From Octopus vulgaris (Eukaryota): a DNA stretch of 64,000 bases. The stretch lies in NCBI GenBank assembly GCA_951406725.2, contig OX597824.1, positions 14,322,001 to 14,386,000 on the forward strand. The letters run 5' to 3'. The first letter of the stretch is position 1. Each line of letters starts with the position of its first letter. This document shows, piece after piece, positions 33,959 through 47,700 of the stretch. Made by a program: the position numbers and the translations under genes. Below the pieces are notes generated by a model. That model searched no databases and was not told the DNA's origin. It saw nothing but the letters and a program-made list of their open reading frames with translations.

Positions 33959-36779
33959 CATAATTATAATAATAATGATAATAATAAGAATAATGATAAT
34001 AATAATAATAATAAAGTGACAAGAATGTATTACCCACCCGGCCCGTATAAAATTGAAAAAAGCAAATTCCAAATGTATCACTAACCACATTCAATTTGTG
34101 AAAGAATATTAAAAAATAGACTGTAAATCAACAAGTGTCTTGGATTTTAGTGGACACATTCCAATATGATGTGACTAGCACCATAAACAAACAAAACTAA
34201 ACTTCAAAAAGCTGCTGTGTTAACAACCGAAGCTATTCCACTTCAAAAATCATACTTCCGACAACAGAACAACATGTAATAGCTCAGCTTTAACACACAA
34301 ATATAGGAATATTTTTCTTTTTTTTTTTTTTCATTTATTTATTTATTTATTTATTTATTTCCAAATATGCATTTCATATGATAAATATAAAAAGCAACTA
34401 GGTAGTTTTGAAACGATCATAAAATAACAACAGAATGGGTCCTCCATCAGGAGAGAACTTGTTTTAGACTGGGAGAAACATTAATGAAAGAAATGGAATG
34501 TTTTTAATATTTTTTATTGTGGAAGGGAGAAAGTGTGAGAAGAAACTTTATTCTTCATTGATTATGGTATATTATTGGAGGAAATGTTATAGCATTTCAC
34601 TTTGGTTTTCAGCTGTGAGTAAGCAACATTATTGACTTTGGTTCTAACTAATGCAACAGGTTAGACTTTTTAAGACAAATATAAAAAAGGAATAAATAAA
34701 CTAGAAATAGAACACAATTACAAATCAAATAAATATTTAGGCCATTGCTTATTGAGTAATAAGATTAAAATAATATTTGTTGGGCAAACCACTATTATGG
34801 TGAGAGAACAAAAAGAAGAATGAATGGGATAATCTAGACAATAAACTACTCCTAGATTTTGGCTTACTTTAAAAGAATAATATGTGCTTTGAGCTATTCT
34901 AACTTACAGAATGTTTCGGCCACTTTTGTCATCAGCTCTCGTCTTTCCCAACAATTAAGAACCATATCTTAGGTATGTAGCATTCTAGCATTGGATAGGG
35001 GACAAATATCGCTAATCCTGTGTTAAATCCGATGAGGAAAAAGTTTCTCTTTTTTTTTTTTATCAAGTTATTACAAACTGACGAAAGATTTCTTTAAAAA
35101 GAAAAAAAAAAAAATTGGTAAAAATCACAGCAAATGTAAAATGTTTAGCTGAATTCAGGTTTTTAAGTAAACAATCAGATTACAAGAAAGGAAGAGGAGG
35201 AGGAGTAGGGGGTGGGGGACAACCCAGAAACAAAACAGAAAACAGTGATGAGAAGATTAGAAATGTTAAAAATTACTTCAGCAGAATACTGTTTGGGTGG
35301 AATCTCACCTGGAGAAAGGCTGGACAGATAGCAAGAACAGCAATAATTATAGAACGGTTAACAATACAAAACAATCTATGCAGCATGTATCAACAGTTAA
35401 CAGCAGGAAAATCAATGAAGACAGAGACCAGTATGCCATAGACAGAAGGAGTGAAAATATGTATACATTAGAGAGATTTATAACAGAAGGAATTACTGAA
35501 GCTGATGTAACAGAACTAATTTTGCAAAGTAAAATGTGGACGGATGATTGAGATTAAATTCATGATAGTTGTGTGAAGCAATATTATTTTGTTCAAGTAT
35601 ATAAAGCCTGTAGAAACGCATTTAATGGACAGAAGAGACAGAAATCCATAATCCTGCAAGGTATTTTTCAAATATAACAACCAAATGATTTACCATTAAA
35701 ACAACTGGATAAGTTCATTTTGCTTTGGACATTGATTAAAAAGTGTAGTAAAAAAAAAAAAAGAATTTGCTGAGTTGGAAAAAAAAAAAAAAAATTCTTG
35801 GAAGGATTTCAACATATTTACAAATGTCGGATGGAATACAAGTTCAACTTGTGTTATACAACGCAAGTTGTGGCATAAATTACTTTTAAGAAACACTGTT
35901 TTCATTTTGCTTAAATTAAAACACTATTTTTTTTTTTCTTTTCTAAATATAAATTTCTAGAAATGAAAATTTTTGATTTGAAAAAAAACAAAAAAAAAAA
36001 CAACAAAATTATAACTCATGCACACACAATAGCATTTGAATACAGTAGAATAAGGAAATATATTATAATGATAAGAAACTGTTTATAAATCCAGATGTTA
36101 TCTTCCAGTTGAACATGAATTTTCACAAGTTAGGGACAACCGTTACCATCAATCACTTTATTTTAAGCATTTTTTTTTTCCACTCCAAAATATCATATGC
36201 TTATATCAAACATGTAGCATAAACCAACTTGTAATTTCTTTTTTATTTATTTTTACTTTATAAATAATTTTATATATATATATATAAAAAAAAATTCAAA
36301 TAACTGGAATGCTGTAAAATGAATACAGGATTTATAAAGCCTCGTTGACCAAACCATGAAAGATATTACCAAGACGATATCTGTATAATATACACCGGGA
36401 GAAATGTATCTCCAATTGATAATATATAAGCAGTTGTAAATATTTTTTTTAAAAAATGAAGAAAAAGAAATTATAGAATCAAAGATTCCTTTGTTCTAGA
36501 AGATGAAAATCTTCTGTGAAAGACATAAGTAAACAAATGATGTTCATTCAGTAGCAAGTGTAGTGATAAGCAGTTGAAACTGTTTACAGAATGAATTATT
36601 ATTATAATGCTTCAGATATTGTCACCTCAGCTCATTATTCTAGCACCGATTGAAAAGAGAAAACATTTTGTCCTAAAACATTTGTATAGTACAAAATGGC
36701 AGATGAAAAATGACAACTTCATTAAAAGAAAGGAAGGAATGGGGCGAAGAAAGAAGACAAGAAATACTAAGTAACATTA

Positions 36780-36780
36780 A

Positions 36781-36815
<35 letters not shown>

Positions 36816-36989
36816 TAATAATAATAATGATAATAATAATAATAATAATAATGGTTTCTAACATAGGCACAAGGCCACAAGTTTTGCAAAGTTGACTCTG
36901 GCGGGATTTGAACTTAGAACATAAAGGGCTTGAAGAAATACCTCAAAGTATTTTTCCAATGCTCTAACAATTCTATCAACCCACCACCC

Positions 36990-37026
<37 letters not shown>

Positions 37027-37035
37027 GTAATAATG

Positions 37036-37082
<47 letters not shown>

Positions 37083-37282
37083 TAATAATAATAATAATGG
37101 TTTCTAATATAGGCACAAGGCCACAAATTTTGAGGAAAGAAATAGCTGATATTTTATCCTTCCCAGAGAGATGAAAGGCAAAGTCAACCACAGTGGGATT
37201 TGAACTCAGAGCGTAAAGGGACATAACTAAATACTACAAAGTATTTTGTCCACTACTCTACCGATTCAACCAGCCACTACTC

Positions 37283-37323
<41 letters not shown>

Positions 37324-37609
37324 TAGTTTCTAATTTAAGTAGAAGGCCAGCAATTTTTAAGGGAAGGGTGTCAGTCAATACCATTAATTCCAGTATTGGA
37401 CCGTTACTTTAATTTTATCAACCCCAAAAGGATGAAAGGCAGAGTTGACCTTGGAAGGATTTGAACTCAGAATGTTAAGAGCCAGAACAAATACTGCAAG
37501 GCATATCGTCCAACACTGTAACCATTCTGCCAATCCATCGCAAATAATAATAATAATAATAATAATAGTAATAATAATAATGATAATAATAATAATAGTA
37601 ATAATAATA

Positions 37610-37645
<36 letters not shown>

Positions 37646-37680
37646 GTAATAATAATGATAATAATAATAATACTAATAAT
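36780..37680. repeat. (TAA)n microsatellite cluster interleaved with decayed SINE units (similar tracts at 32585-32672 and 33917-34013)
   Basis: Several long TAA/TGA runs separating degenerate family-2 SINE pieces. Confidence 0.85.
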
Positions 37681-37765
37681 GGCAAACCGCAAAAGCATTT
37701 GGCTCATATTTTATCAGACATCACTCATACCAGTGCTATTGTTGCCCGCTTTATCACTTAAGGCC

Positions 37766-37816
37766 AATTACTCAGCCAGGTAAATTACTCAGCCAGGTAA
37801 ATTACTCAGCCAGGTA
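37766..37816. repeat. Perfect 17-bp x3 tandem repeat
   Basis: aattactcagccaggta repeated three times. Confidence 0.95.
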
Positions 37817-38014
37817 AAGGAAAATTAAATTTATGTGGCATTGCAGCGCTGACATTTTGTCTATGGAAATAGTTCAATGAATATGTGCAGACAATAAGCA
37901 ACACAAAATAAACCCCCGCCACACACACACACACACCCAAAACCCATGAAGAATATCACAAGAACAGATATAACAAGAGCAATATTTTTTTTAAGTACTT
38001 TGATAATCTCAAAA

Positions 38015-38047
<33 letters not shown>

Positions 38048-39942
38048 AAACTATTTGTTAGTTCATTTTATTTGAGATATCAAGATTCATTAATGCTTTT
38101 ACCTCTCCGTTCACTTTTCAACACTGAGCCCTTTTATTAATTATCATCATTATCATTATTATCATTATTATTATTAAATTGGATGTTAATTCCTGAAACA
38201 ATTCAGAATGACTAGAAGATAGAGTTCCTTCCAACTTGGCTTCAAACCACATCATAAGTTTTATATTAAGTTTTGAGGAAGAGACTAAATTCTAAGCAAT
38301 TTATTTTACTAAATTGGTAAATAAATACTATTTGCCAACTAAGACAACAGTAGGTTTCTCCAAGAACATAAGAAAATATCAGATAAGAATATGCTAACTT
38401 CTTCAATGAAAAAAAAAAAAAAAAGTATCAATCTAAAAGTTCTTTAAAGAAATTTACTTTGTAATTGAAGACAGAAAAAAAAAAAAAAATGGAGACAAAC
38501 AAACATTGCCAATTTTTAAAATAAGCAATAATAACGGTTAATTCAATAAAAGAAAAAGAGTTATGGAAGGGACAGTGATTTGTCACAGAGAACTAAGTTT
38601 CAGTGAATTCTGTGGGATGTTTAGTGTCTATGGTTACTATAATAGGCAGAGGTGAGCTTTATTTGAAAATGTCTATTTTCTGTGGAGTTTTTCGAATATT
38701 TGGTTACTACAGTCAGCAGAGGTGAGCTTTACTTGAAATATGTCCATGCGTAGTGAAGGTAATAATAAAACATAACCAGATTTAAGACTGGAATACCGAG
38801 TGCAGGCAGACAGAAAATGTTGGTGAAGTTTTAGTTGTGCTAAATGTTTGCTTGGATGGATTCTTCAGAAGGAAAAATGAGTTAGGGAGAAATAAGCACA
38901 TTGGGATTTTCCTGGAGGGGGTTCTTCTGTTTTTGGTGGGGTTTTTTTTTAGTTCTTTTTTTTTTTTTCATTTTGTTTTAGAATTGGATGGATTTACGAT
39001 GTCTGTTAAATAAATGAACCACATCATTGAAGATTGAAATTGCAGTAAGGCTTCATACAACTGCTTTCAACTTTCTTTGTGGAGCACAGGAAAAAGAAGG
39101 AAAAGACGGCTTTGAATTAGACATTTCTAGGAGAAGCAATATTAAAGTTTAAAAGAAATACTTTTCTTGTTTATTCTCCCTCCCTATCTTCACTACATTA
39201 ATAGTTGATATAATATTTTCACATTTGATGTTTTCATACTCATTAAATTTAGACAGAAAAATCATAAATTAATACCTAACTAGGATTTTGGTTCAGAATA
39301 TGTAAAAAAAAAAAAAAAAAAAAAAAAAAGAAAGAAAAGTCTTTTTTAATTTTGTAGAGACCCAAATAGAATCAATTTTTACATTTATCAATTTTATCAA
39401 TTATCTAGAAGAAATAAAGAAAAATTAGAGATTCTAAAGATTTCTTTTACAAAAATTATTGACCTGAAAACCATTTTTAAGTCAATATTAAGTCAATAAT
39501 TTTGTTTGCTGTAAAAATGGATCAAATGGGTTGAAGTAGACCCCTGGGTATTTTATTAGAAAATAATCGATATTGAAGAAAGGAAGACATGAAAAGACTT
39601 TTTTTAAATTAAAAAAAAAAAATTCTGTTTCAAAACCATGTATATCTGTAATTCTCACAATGCCTTTTTTTTTTTTGTTGTTTTTAGGGGAGTTTAAATC
39701 TAGTAACTATTTTAAAAATCTAAATGGAATCTATTTTAATGGAGATTTTAATATACAACCAGGTAGAAGACGGTAGGTAAATAAATCGAGAGGAGAGGGG
39801 AGGGAGAATTCAGAATGTAGAATCCTTAAATGATGGGTTTTCCTTTTCTATGGGAAGGTAAGTTTCACTAAATTTGTTATTGAATACCAATTTAACCAGC
39901 AGTAGAATCTAGCAGTAAACCAAGGTACGGTTTAAAATGACA

Positions 39943-40349
39943 TTAACTTTCACAGTCAGGGGCGTACATGACAACAGCATCAGGTTCATACGTTATATTG
40001 CTTGGTCCATTTGTGGCCACTGACTCAGAGGTGTATGCAACAGCACTCTCTGGCATTGGAGAATAGGTGACCACTGTGTCAGGTGTGTAGGTGATCACCG
40101 TTTCGCTCTGGTATTGAGTTGTAGCTGGGACAACCATTGCAACAGTTTGTTCTGGGGTTGCAACTGTTGCTAAAGTTGTAGCTTGATTGAGTTGATTATT
40201 ACCGGGATTCTGTGGACATGGCCCCATTCTGGTGGGTGATATATTGTTGTTGCTGTCTGAGGGACCTTGGACAGTACTATACACTGAAGTTGCTCCGGAA
40301 AGTTCCAATAATGACTGAGCAGCTTCTTGGAGAATATTTTGTTCATACA
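39943..40349 (-). CDS. Terminal coding exon of an unidentified gene (S/T/P/V-rich, EAAQSLLELS helix)
   Basis: Acceptor tttattttcag| at 40350; 135 open codons with higher GC than the flanks, not a repeat; TAA at 39943; long repeat-poor region downstream. Confidence 0.8.
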
Positions 40350-42286
40350 CTGAAAATAAACAAATGGAAGGAAAAATATTAAAATATCTTAATATTTGGT
40401 TCCAAAACAAACAAAAATTTTTTTAATTTCATCAAAATTCATCATCATAATTGCAACAGTGGTGCCCCAGCATAGACACAGTTCCCAAGCTGAAACTAGT
40501 TAACCCATTAGCATTTAAACCGGTCATATCAGACCTAAACATTCTCTCCATTTTAGGTTCAAACCAGCCAAATGCAAACTGTCACACCTTCCCTACAGGG
40601 TACTTCTAAAGATAAGCAATCATCATCATCATCATCATCGTTTAACGTCCACTTTCCATGCAAGCATGGGTTGGACAATTTGACTGAGGTCTGGTGAACC
40701 AGATGGCTGCACCAGACTCCAATCTGATCTGGCAGAGTTTCTACAACTGGATGCCCTTCCTAATGCCAACCACTCTGAGAGTGTAGTGGGTGCTTTTATG
40801 TGCCACCGGCACGAGGGCCATCAGGCGGTACTGGCAATGGCCACGCTCAAATGGTACTTTTTATGTGCCACCTGCACAGGAGCCAGTCCAGCAGCACTGG
40901 CAATGACCTCACTCAAATAGTTTTTCACATGCCACCAGCACAAGTGCTAGTAAGGCGACACAGGTAACGATCACGCTCGAATGGTGTTTTTTAGCAATAA
41001 CATCATAAAAATTTCAAAGCTGCAAGATGATGCAGGATTACTTGAAAATGATGTGAATAAATAAACATTACATTTGACAGAGAAATCTGAATGATAAAGG
41101 GTTAAAGAGTTATGTATTTACAACAGGATCGACTCTTTAGTATTTAAACCGGCCATATCTGGCCCAAACATTCATTCTGTTTTATATTCAAACTGGTCAG
41201 ATACCCCTATAATCTCCATTATAGGGGCATTGTGGTAGAGGCCTTGGTCTCGGGGACCACTCATGTCTACAAACTGAGGTTGGGGGTAAGCAAGGGGAAG
41301 TTTCCCGTAGAAAATCCATACCCCTATAATGTCTACACATTACCCTATAATGTCCATTCTCAAACATACCCCTATAATGTCCATTCTAAAAATAAACAAT
41401 CACATCATCAACATTGTGAAGCTACAAGATTGACCCTTTTGCTATCATATTTCTGTTGAGACACTGTGTTTCTTTCAATTACTTTAAATCGTTACAAGCA
41501 TCACCTTACTGGCACTTGTGCCAGCGTGCATGAAAAAACATTTGAGCAAGGCCGTCGCCATCTGCCGCTGGACTGACTCCTGTGCAGGTGGCACGTATAA
41601 AACACCATTTGAGCGTGGCCATTGCCTGACTGACCCTCGTGCCAGTGGGACATAAAAGCACCCACTACACTCTCAGAGTGGTTGGCATTAGGAAGGGCAT
41701 CCAGCTGTAGAAACTCTGCCAGATCAAGATTGGAGACTGGTGCAGCCATCTGGTTCGCCAGTCCTCAGTCAAATCGTCCAACCCATGCTTGCATGGAAAG
41801 TGGACGTTAAACAATGATGATGATGATGAATTTAATAAAATAACTTAATTATCATTAAGCTAGTGTTAGGAACATAAATTGCGACTAAGGTTTGGTGAAG
41901 ATTTTAATTCAAAACTTATGGAAACAAGACATTTGTACTCAGAGCCAGAACCGGTTTCAGCCAGGTTGGTAACGAAAGGGTTAATTCAAAACAATGTGAA
42001 TAAATAAGCTTTACATCTGACTGAGTAATCTGAATGCTAAAAGGTTTAAAAACCAAACTAACCTAGATAAAGAGGTACAGTATAACTCTTACTCTTTACT
42101 CTTTTACTTGTTTCAGTCATTTGACTGCGGCCATGCTGGAGCACTGCCTTTAGTCGATCAAATTGACCCCGGGACTTATTCTTTGTAAGCCCAGTACTTA
42201 TTCTATCGGTCTCTTTTTGCCAAACCGCTAAGTGACGGAGACGTAAACACACCAGCATGCTAGGGGGGACAAACACAGACACACAA

Positions 42287-42331
<45 letters not shown>

Positions 42332-43129
42332 CGACAGGCTTCTTTCAGTTTCCGTCTACCAAATCCACTCACAAGACATTGGTCGGCCCGGGGCTATAGC
42401 AGAAGACACTTGCCCAAGATGCCACGCAGTGGGACTAAACCCGGAACCATGTGGTTGGTAAACAAGCTACTTACCACACAGCCACTCCTGCGCCTAACTG
42501 TCTCATTATTATACTGAAATATTAATAATATTAATACTGATCTTAACTTCACTCGTTATTGTTAATATTGATTATAAAAAAAAAAAGGTGGGCCAAAAAT
42601 CATGCACAAAATAAGTTCAATTCAATATGTTTCAGAATCGTTAGACATGCTTCAATTTTTTCAAAAATTGAATACAATAAATAAATAAAATAATGATGAA
42701 TATACACATACTTGCACATCATCATCATCCAGTGTTTTAAATCCGGGTTTTGTCCCCGTTAATTGAGGGTAGCCGGATCTATCTCAATGCCATAGCAACT
42801 GAGGTAGGCAGGTGCAGCCCACCCCAACCTTTGGGCTGGTTGGTGCCCATTCTCCTTTGCTATCATGAGGCTTTTTTGGAGCTGGATTTTCTATGGGGAA
42901 CATCCCCTTGCTTACCCCTAACCTCAGTTTGTAGGCATGAGTGATCCCGAGACTGAGGCCTCTACCACAATTTTTAAGCTCAGGAAGGCAGGGACGCTAC
43001 TTCCTGAGATCCCTTTCAGAGCCCCCTACCTAATGAAGAAAATTAATAATAATAATAATAACATAAATACAATGTCAAATGTTTTGGTGCATGATTTTTT
43101 TTATTTATTGATAATTCTGATCATACCTG

Positions 43130-43437
43130 ATAAGTTAATATTGATATGCATTATCATTGATGTTGATCATAGTTTTATCTGTTATTGCTGATACTTATCA
43201 TAGCTTTATTTGTTACTGTTAATACTAATCATAATTTTACTTGTTATAGTTAATACAGATCATAACGTGTCATTGTTAATACTGATTACAGCTCTACATG
43301 TTATTATTGACACAGCATAGCTTTACTTTATTATTGTTAAGACTGATCATAACTTTACTTGTTATTGTCAATACTGAACACAGCTTCACCAGTTATTGTG
43401 AAGATTTGTCATAATTTTACCTGTTATTTTTAATACT
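43130..43437. repeat. Degenerate 31-bp minisatellite (about 10 units)
   Basis: Consensus approximately tactgatcatagctttacttgttattgttaa; further units at about 42532 and 44060. Confidence 0.75.
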
Positions 43438-43581
43438 CTTTTACTTGTTTCAGTCATTTGACTGCGGCCATGCTGGAGCATCGCCTTTAGTCAAGCAAAT
43501 CAACCCCAGGACTTATTCTTTGTAAGCCTAGTACTTATCCTATCGGTCACTATCAGTTGTTAAGCGATGTTGGGAGACAAA

Positions 43582-43895
43582 CCTCTCGAAAGAGCTGTTC
43601 TTCACTCCTGCTCCAGAGCGTCGGCTGCAGGGTCATTCCGAAAAGCTCTATCCGCGATGATTTCATCTCAATCGAAGGAGAGGGACTTTCTCCGTCCAGG
43701 TTGCGGATCCGTGGAATAAGCTGCCAGACGAGATGGTGAAGATGCCGATGACCGCTCAGTTCAAAGTCTCCCTTGACCTCAAGTGGCCTGAACTATTTAC
43801 ATGAACACCACCCTGTACATAACTCCATGTCCCCCCTACATGGCCTTGTTTTAGCTTTTTGAGCCAAAAAATTAACTAACTAACTAACTAACTAA
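43582..43895 (+). mobile_element. CR1-clade LINE 3' end with (TAAC)n tail, inside a SINE
   Basis: Nucleotide homology to 56468-56815; decayed LRGHSEKL...WNKLP motif. Confidence 0.85.
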
Positions 43896-44309
43896 CAAAC
43901 ACATCATCATCATATATATATACATATATGACGGGCTTCTTTCAGTTTCCATCCACCAAATCCATTCACAAGGCTTTGGTCGGCCCAAGGCTATAGTAGA
44001 AGACACTTGCCCAAGGTGCCAGGCAGTGGGACTGAACCCGGAACCATTCCTGCGCCTATATACTGATCATGAATTTTACTTGGTTTTACTGATTAGAACT
44101 TAACTTTGCTCGTTAATATTCATCGCAGTTTGCTTAGTAATGTTTGTACGAAGAATTTTTTCCCAAATCAAAGTAATTAGATAAAGAGAACAAAATGGAA
44201 ATAAATGAAATTTTGAAAAATTTTGTTCAACAACTGTACAAGTTTTTAAGCCATAGAAAATCCAAAGAAATTGCTGAAAGAAAAAATATATATACAAAAA
44301 TATATATAT

Positions 44310-44716
44310 GCGTAGGAGTGGCTGTGTGGTAAGTAGCTTGCTTACCAGCCACATGGTTCCGGGTTCAGTCCCACTGCGTGGCACCTTGAGCAAGTGTCTT
44401 CTACTATAGCCTCGGGCCAACCAAAGCCTTATGAGTGGATTTGGTAGACGGAAACTGAAAGAAGCCTGTCGTATATATATATATATATGTATGTATGTGT
44501 GTGTATATGTCTGTGTCTGTGTTTGTCACCCAACATCGCTTGACAACCGATGCTGGTGTGTTTACGTCCCCGTAACTTAGTGGTTCGGCAAAAGAGACCG
44601 ATAGAATAAGTACTAGTCTTACAAAGAATAAGTCCTGGGGTCGATTTCTTTGACTAAAGGCGGTGCCCCAGCATGGCCGCAGTCAAATGACTGAAACAAG
44701 TAAAAGAGTAAAAGAG
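44310..44716 (+). mobile_element. tRNA-derived CORE-type SINE (octopus OR-like), representative copy; about 20 copies or fragments, e.g. 3535+, 6151-6545-, 15515-, 19815+, 25338+, 42085-42494-, 47043-, 56287+, 60291+, 61936-
   Basis: A box tggctgtgtggt, B box ggttcagtccc, CORE-like caccttgggcaagt, internal (TA/TG)n, (gtaaaaga)n tail. Confidence 0.85.
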
Positions 44717-47700
44717 ACAAGTTACAGCAAGTAGTGTGTTGTTCCGAAACTCCAGCAAGTCTTTAACTTAAAAAAGAAAATTTTAAATAAATCAGTGCCG
44801 GTGGCATGTAAAAGCACCCACTACACTCTCGGAGTGGTTGGCGTTAGGAAGGGCATCCAGCTGTAGAAACTCTGCCAGATCAAGAACGAAGCCTGATGCA
44901 GCCATCTGGTTCGCCAGCCCTCAGTCAAATCGTCCAACCCATGCTAGCATGGAAAGCGGACGTTAAATGATGATGATGATGCTGATAATGATGATGATGA
45001 TGATGATAAATTTTTTTTCTTTAAGATTCTGTATCCCTGATATTCAAAACATACAAATCTGAAAACCATTTGATAAAAAAAAAAAAATGGGTAAAGTATA
45101 TATAAAGTTAAGGGTGTGGTTAAAAAATTCCTCGCCTAGACAAATTACATGTCCAAAACGTTTAGTGAGCCAATGGCAACATGTGAATATTTAACAAAAC
45201 TGTTGCCTGCATTTGATCAAGAGTTTTTCCCCTATTACACTATTTTATTATTTTCTTAAATTTCATATTTTTATACATCAGACATGGCTGTTGATGTTAT
45301 TTGTTAGTATTTTATAATGTTGAATTAAAATTTATGCATGAACCCAGGTTTTGGATTTCATTTTGTATCAACATTGGAAGTAGACCATGGCATTAGGCAA
45401 CAGGGTAAAAGAGAAGAACTGTGACACCGTTTCACGAAAAAAAAAAAAAAAAATGGGAGGAATGTATAAAAAAAACATTATGGTTAATTTGAAATAACGA
45501 AATGGAAATGAAAATGTTTAGTTATTTAAAAAAAAAAAAAATTCCAAGGAGAAAATGATTTTATTTTAAAAGGACATGTAAATAGCTAATGTGGAGGCGC
45601 AATGGCCCAGTGGTTAGGGCAGCGGACTCGCGGTCGGAGGATCATGGTTTCGATTCCCAGACCGTGCGTTGTGTATGTTTATTGAGCGAAAACACCTAAA
45701 AGCTCCACGAGGCTCAAGCAGGGGGTAGTGGCGACCCCTGTTGTACTCTTTTGCCTCCAACTTTCTCTCACTGTCTCTTCCTGTTTCTTGAGTAACGCTG
45801 CGATGGACTGGTGTCCCTTGAAATAACGAAATGGAAATGAAAATGTTTACTTATTTAAAAAAAAAAAAATTCCAAGGAGAAAATGATTTTATTTTAAAAG
45901 GACATGTAAATAGCTTATGTGGAGGTGCAATGGCCCTGTGGTTAGGGCAGCGGACTCGTGATCCTCCGATCGCGGTTTCGATTCCCAGACCGGGCATTGT
46001 GTATGTTTATTGAGCGAAAACACCTAAAAGCTCCACGAGGCACAAGCAGGGGGTAGTGGCAACCCCTGTTGTACTCTTTTGCCCCCAACTTTCTCTCACT
46101 GTCTCTTCCTGTTTCTTGAGTAACGCTGCGATGGACTGCTGTCCCGTCTAGCTGGGGGGAACATATACGCCACAGAAACCGGGAAACCAGGCCCATGAGC
46201 CTGGCTAGGCTTGAAAAGGGCGCATAAATAAATAAAATAGCTAATTGAAAAGGTACAGGTACAGATTGGAGTTCCCAGACTTTGTTTCTGTTATACATTC
46301 CAGTGAAATTTGGCAGAGATACACTTTCAAGGGTGTAATAGATGATGATTATGCTAATAACAAGAAATACCTTTAAGGAATTTGGGATCATTTTCCCCTT
46401 GCTCTCCTGATTTTGTTTCCTCATATAGAGTCTATAAAATGCACGTTTTTAAATGGTATTTTGAAGAAATATTCTTAACAGTGTAGATTACATAATGCCG
46501 TTTCCAACACGTATATCTCAGAAGGAAAAAAGATAAAAAAATAAAAAAGTGCTAAAGCAGGAATTAGCAGCTTCATTGAGATTGGTCCATATGAGACATG
46601 GCTAATCATCAAGTAAGCTGCACTACTCAAAGAATTCAAAGAATTCAAGGTAATCTTTTGTTAGGTGTGCCATTCAGAAAGTCCCACAGACCACAATTTA
46701 CCAGTTGCCATGTTTAAGTCACAAGAACTGGCAGTAAAACAATCAGGGTGAGGCACAGAACAATCATCCAAAACTACACCCAAAAGATTATCATCATCAT
46801 CATCATCATCACCATTGAACATCTGTCTTCCATGCTGGCCTGGGTTGGACACTTTGACAGGAGCTGGCAAGCCGGAGATCTGCACCTGGCACAATTTGAC
46901 TATTTCGGTATGGTATCCTATGGCATGGATGCCTTTCCTAATACCAACCACTTTACAAAATATACTGGTTGTTTTTTACATGACACCAGCAAGGGTGTTT
47001 TATATGTGGAATCAGACCAGGCGCTTTAGACGTGACACTGGCTCTTTTACTCTTTTACTTGCTTCAGTCATTTGACTGTGGCCATGCTGGAGCACCGCCT
47101 TTAGTCGAGCAAATTGACCCCAGGACTTATTCTAAGAATAAGCCTAGTACTTATTCTATCGGTCTCTTTTGCCGAACTGCTAATGTTACAGGGACATAAA
47201 CACACCAGCATCGGTTGTCACGCGATGTTGGGAGGACAAACACAGACACACACATACATACATACATATATACGACAGGCTTCTTTCAGTTTCCGTCTAC
47301 CAAATCCACTCACAAGGCTTTGGTCGGCCCGAGGCTATAGTAGAAGACACTCGCCCAAGGTGCCACACAGTGGGACTGAACCCGGAACCATGTGGTTGGT
47401 AAGCAAGCTACTTACCACACAGCCACTCTTGGCATGGGCACTTTTTACGTGGCACAAGTACGAGTGCTCTATATGTGGTACCAACAGGGGTGCTTTTTAT
47501 GTGACACCAGTATGAGTGCCTTTTATTGGTGACATTTTTTTTTGTTTTTACTAAATTTTACCCCTCTTACAAAATTTTGTTTTAAAATCACCATCATCAT
47601 CATCATCATCATTGTTTAACATCCGTTTTCCATGCTAGCATGGGTTGGACGGTTCGACCTGGGTCTGGGAAGCCAGGAGGCTGCACCAGGCTCCAGTCTG

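Larger units (their letters stand above)
31340..39942 (-). other. Putative ~8.6-kb 3'UTR
   Basis: Follows the stop at 39943; U-run rich on -; almost free of the young SINEs that saturate the rest of the window; AATAAA on - at 31342-31347. Confidence 0.55.

Noticed and set aside
32521-37783. Poly-Ile, poly-Leu and poly-Tyr ORFs
   Set aside because: These are (TAA)n and (TA/CA)n microsatellite translations
42735-42971. GC-rich repeat as a twister or HDV-like ribozyme; also the related pair at 13595-13680 and 15352-15430
   Set aside because: Could not map the required pseudoknots or catalytic nucleotides by eye
43130-43437. ~31-bp repeats as a possible CRISPR array
   Set aside because: Units are contiguous and degenerate with no unique spacers or cas genes, and the context is eukaryotic
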